This document shows, piece by piece, positions 56,950 to 64,000 of a stretch of DNA of 64,000 bases. Below the pieces are notes generated by a model. That model did not search any database. It was given only the letters and a program-made list of their open reading frames with translations, and was not told where the DNA came from. The DNA is from an uncultured Ferruginibacter sp. (lineage in GTDB: Bacteria; Bacteroidota; Bacteroidia; Chitinophagales; Chitinophagaceae): NCBI GenBank assembly GCA_964494815.1, contig CAZBTD010000003.1, forward strand, positions 4,760-68,759, given 5' to 3'. The translations under genes were made by a program, and so were the position numbers. Each line of letters begins with the position of its first letter. Position 1 is the stretch's first letter.

Positions 56950-58174
56950 AGTAAGCCTCTACTATATCTATTACAAAGGCCTGCTGTTCATTTGTGAGTG
57001 TGGGATACATCGGCAGGCTTAAGCAGTGCCTGTAATAATTTTCTGACGCAGGCATGTCTCCTTCTTTCCAACCAAACTGTTTGTAGTAAGGCATAAGGTG
57101 TGTGGGTATATAATGTACTTGTGCAAATATTTTATGTTGCCTGAGCCAGTTATACAAACCAAGCCTGTCTTCGGCTTCAATTATATACAAATGATAAGCA
57201 TGGCCTTCCACCGAACCAGACTGCCCTTTGATATAATTTTTTCCGGCAAACGCTTTTGCATAATTAGCAGCTATCTCTCTTCTTCTTTGCAATCCAGCAT
57301 CGGCCCTTTTTAATTGGGACAAGCCTAATGCAGCCTGGAAATCAGTAATACGGTAATTATATCCCAGGGTTTGCATTTCCATGTACCACCCGGGATAGTC
57401 GGTGCCGGCAGTGGGTTGGCCTGCGGCAAAATTTATATTGTTTGTAAATGTTCCCTGTTCTTTTGTAATACCATGTGTACGCAGTTGCAATAATTGTTTG
57501 TACAACTGTTCGTTATTTGTTGTTATCATTCCCCCTTCTCCGCAGGCAATATGTTTTACCGGGTGAAAAGAGAAGATGGCCAAATCAGCAAATGCACCAT
57601 TGCCGCAAAATTGTTTTTTCCCTTTGCTATCAGTAAAGTAAGCACCGGGAGCATGGCAACTATCTTCTATAATCCATAAGCCATATTCATCAGCTAATTT
57701 TTTAAACGCCTCCATATCTACAGCGCCACCGGCAAAGTCAACAGGAACAATGCCGCTATACGTTCCCCTTGGCGCTGCTTCAAGCAGCGCCTTCACTTTA
57801 TTTATATCGAGTAAATAAGTTGATGGATCAATATCTGCAAACACAACATCGCCGCCACAATACCTGATACAGTTTGACGAAGCTGCGAATGTGATTGGTG
57901 GTGCAATTACTTTTTGCCCGGGTTGCACATCAAGCGCCAGCGCACATAAATGAAGTGCCGCAGTGCCGTTTGCCACTGCCACTGCGTATTTACTGCCAAC
58001 ATAATTTGCAAATGCTTTTTCAAATTCTGCAATTTTTGGCCCCTGTGTAAGGTAATCACTCAGCAATGTTTCATTCACTGCTTTTAAGTCTTCTTCAGTA
58101 ATATGCTGACGGCCGTAAGGAATGGGGCCAAATGGGTTTATGGCAATTTTTTTATCTGCTGTTGTTGTACTCAT
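56939..58174 (-). CDS. pseC: UDP-4-amino-4,6-dideoxy-N-acetyl-beta-L-altrosamine transaminase
   Basis: IPYGRQ, LTQGP, EDSCHA, FSFHPVK, RTHGIT, GYNYR. Confidence 0.93.
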   Translation of the reverse strand: MSTTTADKKIAINPFGPIPYGRQHITEEDLKAVNETLLSDYLTQGPKIAEFEKAFANYVGSKYAVAVANGTAALHLCALALDVQPGQKVIAPPITFAASSNCIRYCGGDVVFADIDPSTYLLDINKVKALLEAAPRGTYSGIVPVDFAGGAVDMEAFKKLADEYGLWIIEDSCHAPGAYFTDSKGKKQFCGNGAFADLAIFSFHPVKHIACGEGGMITTNNEQLYKQLLQLRTHGITKEQGTFTNNINFAAGQPTAGTDYPGWYMEMQTLGYNYRITDFQAALGLSQLKRADAGLQRRREIAANYAKAFAGKNYIKGQSGSVEGHAYHLYIIEAEDRLGLYNWLRQHKIFAQVHYIPTHLMPYYKQFGWKEGDMPASENYYRHCLSLPMYPTLTNEQQAFVIDIVEAYYAG

Positions 58175-58194
58175 GTGCAGGTTTTAAAACTCAG

Positions 58195-59205
58195 TTATAC
58201 ATTAAAATCAGGATCTACGTGTTCTTTAATCAGTTTTCTCAAACCTTCCACGGTTTCCCATTCTGTGTTTTCACCAGAATTATATCGGAAACCAAACTCT
58301 ACTTTTTTCCCGTTGAAGTGTTGTAAAAATTCTTCCAGTTTCCATCTGTGCGATGAGGGAAGAATAGTGTAATATTTGCCAAGATCATAAGTATAGTAAG
58401 AATCCGAATCGGTAATCATTTCCTCATGTATTTTTTCTCCCGGCCTTATACCTGTAATTTTTTTCTCACACTCAGGCCCAATGGCTTCAGCCACATCCAG
58501 TATTTTATATGAGGGTATTTTAGGTACAAAAATTTCGCCTCCCCATGCATGTTCAAGTGCATGCATCACCATATCCACGCCACCTTGCAATGAAATATTA
58601 AACCTTGTCATTGTGGGTTCAGTAATTGGTAACACCCCGGTTTTCTTCATCTTTAAAAAGAAAGGTATTACCGAACCGTTACTTCCCATCACATTACCAT
58701 AGCGCACCACACTAAATACAATATCATTCCACCCACGAATATTGTTTGCGGCCACAAATAGTTTATCGGAAGCTAGTTTTGTAGCGCCATACAAATTTAC
58801 CGGCGCAGCAGCTTTGTCTGTAGAAAGTGCCACCACTCTTTGCACCCCTGTTTCCAATGAAGCATTGATAACATTTTCAGCTCCGTTTATATTTGTCTTT
58901 ACACATTCAGATGGGTTGTATTCTGCAATGGGTACATGCTTCATGGCTGCTGCATGTATCACATAGTCTATACTTTTAAATGCCCTCTTAAGACGATCGT
59001 AATCCCTTACATCACCAATGAAGAAACGCACCTGCGGATATTTATCTGCAGGATATTCTTGTCCCATCTGGTATTGCTTCTGTTCATCACGGCTGTAAAT
59101 TACAAGCCGTTTTATGTCCGGGTAATTGGTAAGTATGTGTTTGGTAAGCGCTTTGCCAAGTGAGCCTGTTCCCCCTGTTATTAAAACAGATTTGTTTGTG
59201 AGCAT
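58195..59205 (-). CDS. pseB: UDP-GlcNAc 4,6-dehydratase (inverting)
   Basis: TGGTGS, SRDE.KQ, AAMKHVP.AEYNP, STDKA, YGATK, RYGNVMGS. Confidence 0.95.
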   Translation of the reverse strand: MLTNKSVLITGGTGSLGKALTKHILTNYPDIKRLVIYSRDEQKQYQMGQEYPADKYPQVRFFIGDVRDYDRLKRAFKSIDYVIHAAAMKHVPIAEYNPSECVKTNINGAENVINASLETGVQRVVALSTDKAAAPVNLYGATKLASDKLFVAANNIRGWNDIVFSVVRYGNVMGSNGSVIPFFLKMKKTGVLPITEPTMTRFNISLQGGVDMVMHALEHAWGGEIFVPKIPSYKILDVAEAIGPECEKKITGIRPGEKIHEEMITDSDSYYTYDLGKYYTILPSSHRWKLEEFLQHFNGKKVEFGFRYNSGENTEWETVEGLRKLIKEHVDPDFNV

Positions 59206-59244
59206 ATCAGATTTTTATAAGTATTGATAGTTTGTAGTCAGTTA

Positions 59245-61722
59245 TTACCCGTTGCTTTTTTTACCCTTTTTAAATGCCTTTCTAATTTTTCTTACAGTTC
59301 TCCTAAACCATGGCATTTCTTTTTCTTCTTCCACGGTGTAGCCATAGCCGTAACCGTAGTAGTAGCCATAGCCGTAACCATAGCCGTAGCCATAGCCTTT
59401 TCCATAACCATAGCCAAGCACTTTTTTGCTTACAATACCATTAAACACCAGGTTCATGTTTGGCATTGATTGTTTTTGATAAGTATCGTTAATCAATTTC
59501 AAGAATACACTATTTGTAAAGTTGTGGCGTACGATATATAATGTCATATCTGCAAATTTTGCCAGCAACTTGGCATCTGTTACAGAAGCTACCGGGGGAG
59601 AGTCAATTACAACATAATCATAATGTTGTTTAAGGTACTCCATTAATTGCTCCAGCTTTTTTGTTACAATTAATTCTGCCGGGTTAGGGGGGATGGGGCC
59701 CGAAGAAATCACAAAAAAGTTTGCAATTTCAGGGTGTGGTTTTATAATATCGCTTTCAGGAATATCAGAAATAAGATAGTTTGTGATGCCCTGGTCTCTC
59801 TTAAAACCGAGTGATTTGCTCACTTTGGGTTTGCGTAAGTCAAACTCCATCAGCACTACTTTTGAGCCGGTAAGGCAAAGACTCACCGATGTATTGATAG
59901 CAACAAAGCTTTTTCCTTCCGAAGGAATGGAAGATGTAACCAGGATTGTTTTACACTTGTTTTCTGTGGTAGCTGTTACATAATTAAGATTTGTTCTTAA
60001 TTCTCTAAACTGTTCTGCAATAAGTGTGCGCTTACCATCTGCCACCATTACAGGTGAACTATTTTCTGTTTTCTTAAATACCAATTCTCCAATAATTGGT
60101 ATTGGAAGTCTTGTTTCAATCTGCGACCTGAACAACAATTTACTGTTGGCGAACTCCCTTAAATAAATATATATGGCCACCAACAGTAATGCAATCGAAA
60201 TGCAGGTGGCAAAATAATTATCTCTGTTTGGAGAAACTTGTCCTAATAAATCCGGGCGCTCAATTACTCGGTAATTTGGAACCACCGATGCAGCACCAAT
60301 TGCCGATTCTTCTTTCTTCTGTAATAAAAAAGTATAAATGGCATCTTTGATATTTTTATCCCTTCCGATGTCAAACATCTTTCTTGCCTTCTCAGGCATT
60401 TTATTTATGAAGCCTTGTACTTTACTATTATCTGCCTCAAGGCTATTACGGCTTGTAATCAAACTTGTTTTTAGATTCTCAATACTCCGGATAATACTTG
60501 GCTTCAATTTATCGATTACGTTTTCATACACCCCTATCTGTGGGTTTTTAGGTCCTGATGTTGCCTGTATTTTTTTCAATTCAAATTCACTTGAATATAA
60601 TTGCTTTAGCAATTCCATTAATACGGGGTCTGTTATTCCGAGCGAAGATGGCTCTGGTGCCAACTCTGTATTTCTCTTTACAACATAACCTTCAATTTTT
60701 CCAAGTACGTCTAATTGTATCCCTATCTCAGCAATTTTTGCATCAGACTGTTTTAACTTATTTAGGTATAAATTCCCCTCTTGTCCCAAATCAACAATGC
60801 CCTCAGATTTCTGATAATTTACCAATTTGGTTTCCACGCCACTTAATTCATCTGATACCAGTTGCAGTCTGCCGTCTAAAAAGCGTTGTGTATTTTCATA
60901 GATGCGGCTTTTATACTCTACAGACGAAGCACCATACATATCAAACAGGGTGTTAAGTATCTGTATGCCTCTTTCAGGAAAAGCGTCAGTAAAAGTGACA
61001 TCGAGTATTGATGATTGCTTTGATATTGGCGCTACATTTAAAGATCCTTTCAAAACTTTACCGGCTGTTGTAAGTGGTAGTATGGTTACAAACCATTTCT
61101 CAGATGCATCATTTGTAGCCACATAGTTTTTATTAAGGGACCACTTCACTTTTGTATAACGCATTGTTACAAAAGTGTCAACCGGGTACAATGTATTATT
61201 GTATCTTATTTGATTTCCTTCTACTTTTACCTCACCGCCAATTGCAGCTTTTACAGAGTCCGGGTTTTGTAATTCTACACTAAATGGTATGTTTTTATAT
61301 ACGTAGCCTGATTTAATATTTCCCTGCTGGCTATAGCGTACATTGGTTTGAAGATGTGCCGCCACTTTTTTAAGCAAATCTGTAGAACGTAATATCTCCA
61401 TCTCTCTCTCAGATTCGGTACTTAAGTTCCTTGTATCGAGTTTTATTATTTCCTGCAGGTTGGCAGTTTTTTGCTGAGAATCATCATTTACAACCACCCT
61501 TGCTCTCACCTGGTAAATTGGGGTGGCGTAACGCAGCAAGAGATATGCTGTTAACACACCAGCCGCAAACGCAAAGAAAATAAGCGGCCAGTAAGGAAAT
61601 ATCCTAAAAAGGATAAACTGGAGCTGTTGGTTTTTCTCTAACGAGTTTTCCTGTATATCAAAATCCGACACATAATTATTATTAGTGACGGGGGCATTAC
61701 CCTGAGTATTGTTTTGTTTCAT
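59245..61722 (-). CDS. wzc: Polysaccharide co-polymerase tyrosine autokinase
   Basis: Two TM, EQFRELRTN, Walker A PSEGKS, DLRKP, Walker B VVIDSPP, C-terminal Tyr cluster. Confidence 0.95.
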   Translation of the reverse strand: MKQNNTQGNAPVTNNNYVSDFDIQENSLEKNQQLQFILFRIFPYWPLIFFAFAAGVLTAYLLLRYATPIYQVRARVVVNDDSQQKTANLQEIIKLDTRNLSTESEREMEILRSTDLLKKVAAHLQTNVRYSQQGNIKSGYVYKNIPFSVELQNPDSVKAAIGGEVKVEGNQIRYNNTLYPVDTFVTMRYTKVKWSLNKNYVATNDASEKWFVTILPLTTAGKVLKGSLNVAPISKQSSILDVTFTDAFPERGIQILNTLFDMYGASSVEYKSRIYENTQRFLDGRLQLVSDELSGVETKLVNYQKSEGIVDLGQEGNLYLNKLKQSDAKIAEIGIQLDVLGKIEGYVVKRNTELAPEPSSLGITDPVLMELLKQLYSSEFELKKIQATSGPKNPQIGVYENVIDKLKPSIIRSIENLKTSLITSRNSLEADNSKVQGFINKMPEKARKMFDIGRDKNIKDAIYTFLLQKKEESAIGAASVVPNYRVIERPDLLGQVSPNRDNYFATCISIALLLVAIYIYLREFANSKLLFRSQIETRLPIPIIGELVFKKTENSSPVMVADGKRTLIAEQFRELRTNLNYVTATTENKCKTILVTSSIPSEGKSFVAINTSVSLCLTGSKVVLMEFDLRKPKVSKSLGFKRDQGITNYLISDIPESDIIKPHPEIANFFVISSGPIPPNPAELIVTKKLEQLMEYLKQHYDYVVIDSPPVASVTDAKLLAKFADMTLYIVRHNFTNSVFLKLINDTYQKQSMPNMNLVFNGIVSKKVLGYGYGKGYGYGYGYGYGYYYGYGYGYTVEEEKEMPWFRRTVRKIRKAFKKGKKSNG
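59338..59415 (-). repeat. Imperfect hexanucleotide (GGNTAY) repeat encoding the Wzc Gly-Tyr cluster
   Basis: GYGYGKGYGYGYGYGYGYYYGYGYGY, 26 codons, 13 Tyr. Confidence 0.9.
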
Positions 61723-61776
61723 TTAACTGTCAGTTTAGCTGCTTTTTCTATTTATGCAAGCAGCCGTTTAACTATT

Positions 61777-62361
61777 TTATTTTTCAATCAGCAATTGCAT
61801 ACTGTTATCTTTTAAAAGATATGTATCGCCGCTATGTTGACATTTATAATGCCCTTCACCAGTTAATGGAAGCGGCACATGTTCTCCGTGCCTGCTCATC
61901 CATCCTTTTTGCACTGCAGGCACACCTGTCATTAATGCAAATGGTTTTACATCTTTTGTAACCACAGCCCCGGCACCAATAAAAGCATATTCACCAATTG
62001 TAACACCACACACTATAGTACAGTTTGCGCCAAGGGTGGCGCCTTTTTTTACAATTGTATTTTTGTACTCATGCTTACGGCTAATAGCTGCCCTTGGGTT
62101 AAATACATTTGTAAACACCATTCCGGGTCCGCAAAAAACCTCGTCCTCCAGTGTTACATTATCATATACTGATACATTGTTTTGTATTTTAACACCATTG
62201 CCAATGCGTACATTATTTGCAACAAAAATATTCTGGCCCAGTATGCAGTTGTTACCAATTACAGCCCCACTGCTTATATGCGACCAATGCCATATTCTTG
62301 TGTTGTCACCAATAGCGGCCCCTTCATCTACAATTGCAGTATTATGCTTGCTGTAATTCAC
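61777..62361 (-). CDS. Hexapeptide-repeat N-acetyltransferase, WbpD/WlbB-like
   Basis: [37 protein letters not shown]; GTG start. Confidence 0.9.
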   Translation of the reverse strand: MNYSKHNTAIVDEGAAIGDNTRIWHWSHISSGAVIGNNCILGQNIFVANNVRIGNGVKIQNNVSVYDNVTLEDEVFCGPGMVFTNVFNPRAAISRKHEYKNTIVKKGATLGANCTIVCGVTIGEYAFIGAGAVVTKDVKPFALMTGVPAVQKGWMSRHGEHVPLPLTGEGHYKCQHSGDTYLLKDNSMQLLIEK

Positions 62362-62430
62362 AAAAGTGCCTGTTTAGAGAAAATAACAATTTACTAATTG
62401 TGCCTGTCTTGATTAATCAGGTAATTATAA

Positions 62431-63231
62431 TTACTTCCTTAGGTTTATAATTGTAAGTATTAATGAAAGCCCTACCGCCACAATACTTAGGTACTGGGGC
62501 ACACCTGTACGTGACACAAACCTGGCTTTTACGGGCTCTACATATACCACATCGTTTGTTTTGAGATAGAAATAAGGAGAATTAAAAATGTCCTTAGATA
62601 AAAGGTTTACTCTTGCTATTTGCCTTTCCCCATTTATTTCTCTAATTACAACTACATTATCCCTTCTGCCTAAATCTGTAATGTCGCCTGCAATACTAAT
62701 GGCTTCAAGTATTGTAAGTCGTTCGGTTGGCATGTTATACCTGCCGCTTCTGTTTACTTCACCCAATATTGAAAAGTTATAATTGAGGAAACGTACATTT
62801 ACAATGGGCTCTTTTGTATAATCCCTGAACAGCTCTGTCAACCGCTGCTCAAGCTGTATCCTCGTAAGCCCCTCGGCCTGCACCTTTCCAATATAAGGCA
62901 CCTGTATTTTTCCATCTGCTTCTACCAAATATCCCAAAACAGCTCCATTTGTTCCGGCAGTAAAAGCGTTACTGCTTCCGGTTCCCATACCGCTGCCAGA
63001 ATTAAGAGTAGGCAAGTCTGTAATATTACTGCCACCTACTGAAATCCACAACTGATCGTTTCTTTGAATTTTAGTTTCAAAAATAGATTGTGCAGATGCT
63101 ATAGTCTTCGCTGTAGAATCATTAAGATCATTAAAATAAATTACCTGCTTAGTGGAAGTGCAGGAAGTGAGTAAGCAAATTGCCATGACAAATAACAGTA
63201 AAAAAGTTTTGCCGGAACTCATTTGTATCAT
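62431..63231 (-). CDS. wza: Polysaccharide export lipoprotein
   Basis: Lipobox LTSC, IQRNDQL, YLVEADG.I..PYIG, LGEV, YLKTNDVVYVEP. Confidence 0.92.
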   Translation of the reverse strand: MIQMSSGKTFLLLFVMAICLLTSCTSTKQVIYFNDLNDSTAKTIASAQSIFETKIQRNDQLWISVGGSNITDLPTLNSGSGMGTGSSNAFTAGTNGAVLGYLVEADGKIQVPYIGKVQAEGLTRIQLEQRLTELFRDYTKEPIVNVRFLNYNFSILGEVNRSGRYNMPTERLTILEAISIAGDITDLGRRDNVVVIREINGERQIARVNLLSKDIFNSPYFYLKTNDVVYVEPVKARFVSRTGVPQYLSIVAVGLSLILTIINLRK

Positions 63232-63455
63232 GTTAAGCGGTTTTAATAAATGTTGTATTAAGTATCAAAATTTCATAATTATTCATGGCTTCGCCTTCCT
63301 CAGCCACATAAAAAAAACGACAGAGGTTCTTTAAAGAAAAAAACATTCTATTGAACAATTCGTTGTTATAATGGGATAAGCCCTGTTTTGAAACAGGTTT
63401 TTATTTCAGGCCTGCTCCTGGTTATAGGTGGCAAATGGCTTATAAAAACGAGGTG

Positions 63456-63484
63456 CAAAAGTACCTTTTTTTTTGATGAAACAA
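63456..63484 (-). promoter_or_regulatory. Probable Bacteroidetes sigma-70 promoter of the polysaccharide operon
   Basis: Minus strand TTG (63484-63482), 18 nt, TACTTTTG (63463-63456). Confidence 0.55.
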
Positions 63485-63488
63485 CTTT

Positions 63489-63516
63489 AAAAACGAGGGC
63501 AAAAGCCCCTTGTTTT
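63489..63516 (-). terminator. Second possible terminator downstream of tsf
   Basis: Minus strand AAAACAAGGGGC-TTTT-GCCCTCGTTTTT, imperfect stem. Confidence 0.45.
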
Positions 63517-63622
63517 CCGGTTAAGGTATATTAAAAACGGCTACGGAAATTGCTATCAAAAAATGGTAAATATTACTATAGCTAGACTCCTCTTTAAAAG
63601 ATTGGACAGCATTTTTTAAAAT

Positions 63623-63647
63623 AAAAGGCGGAACAAATGTTCCGCCT
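63623..63647 (-). terminator. Rho-independent terminator of tsf
   Basis: AGGCGGAACA-AA-TGTTCCGCCT with U-tract on the minus strand, 22 nt after the stop. Confidence 0.85.
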
Positions 63648-63669
63648 CTAACAATATATGTGGGTGTAA

Positions 63670-64000
63670 TTATCCTAATGCCACCCGTTTGAATAAAGTA
63701 ACTTTCAAATCCACATCAACACTCTTTAAATAATCAGCTACGGATTTGGCATTGTCTTTTACAAAGGGCTGAGCCATCAACGTATTTTCTTTTAAAAATT
63801 TATTGATTTTACCTGCAGCTATTTTTTCTGCCATTTCAGCTGGTTTACCTTCTGCTTTAATTTGTTCAATAGCAATTTCTTTTTCCCTTGCAATGGTTTC
63901 AGGGGCAACGGAAGTTTCATCAACAGCTAATGGGTTCATAGCAGCAATTTGCATTGCCACATCTTTACCGGCTTCAGCTGCTACTTTGTTAAAGCCTACC
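63670..64000 (-). CDS. tsf: Elongation factor Ts, C-terminal part (truncated by window edge)
   Basis: GKDVAMQIAAMNP, EGKP...AEKIA.GK..KF..E.TL..Q.FVKD, F.R..LG. Confidence 0.97.
   Translation of the reverse strand, partial: VGFNKVAAEAGKDVAMQIAAMNPLAVDETSVAPETIAREKEIAIEQIKAEGKPAEMAEKIAAGKINKFLKENTLMAQPFVKDNAKSVADYLKSVDVDLKVTLFKRVALG

Noticed and set aside
59338-59415. CRISPR-like or mobile repeat
   Set aside because: It is a coding Gly-Tyr codon repeat with no spacers.
18684-63334. Many plus-strand ORFs of 60-150 aa across the polysaccharide locus
   Set aside because: They are antisense to well-supported genes and have no recognisable motifs.
63382-63397. Hairpin CCTGTTT-TG-AAACAGG in the operon leader as an attenuator
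   Set aside because: The U-tract is on the plus strand, opposite to operon transcription, and the loop is very short.
63443-63540. TAAAAACG direct repeats as invertible-promoter ends
   Set aside because: They are direct rather than inverted, short, and no recombinase is nearby.
1-64000. tRNA, rRNA, IS, prophage, CRISPR or defence systems
   Set aside because: None were recognised; intergenic gaps are short and largely accounted for. Covariance-model searches were not possible.

Overview
AT-rich Bacteroidetes DNA, probably Chitinophagaceae-like, judged from T9SS cargo proteins and TAnnTTTG promoters. I saw no RNA genes, CRISPR arrays or mobile elements. There are three parts. (1) 1-9.9 kb is a pectin-linked cluster: three secreted-protein genes (one a CE8 pectin methylesterase) divergent from lacI-kduD. 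Each of the three is preceded by the same 15-bp LacI-type operator, TAYGCAATCGTTSCC. (2) 9.9-18.4 kb holds mixed genes: MFS pump, YqgE/AlgH, VOC, two-component system, tatC, an exosortase pair, a solitary ECF S component and a PRTase. (3) 18.4-63.2 kb is a minus-strand Wzy-dependent capsule/EPS locus (40 co-oriented genes plus a separately transcribed pglF/capD) downstream of tsf. It encodes a pseudaminic acid pathway lacking PseH and a stand-alone PseF. In their place are a formyltransferase and a four-gene insert (aldo-keto reductase, SDR, divergent NeuB-like synthase fused to a cytidylyltransferase, NanQ/YhcH). The locus also carries a dTDP-3-formamido sugar module with an ankyrin formyltransferase, an amidotransferase/HisHF module, a weeEFG-like module, two paralogous deacetylase-like genes and three ATP-grasp ligases. 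The best candidates for new biology are the extended nonulosonic acid module and the deacetylase-DUF362-ATP-grasp cassette. All calls come from motif recognition by eye; no searches were run.
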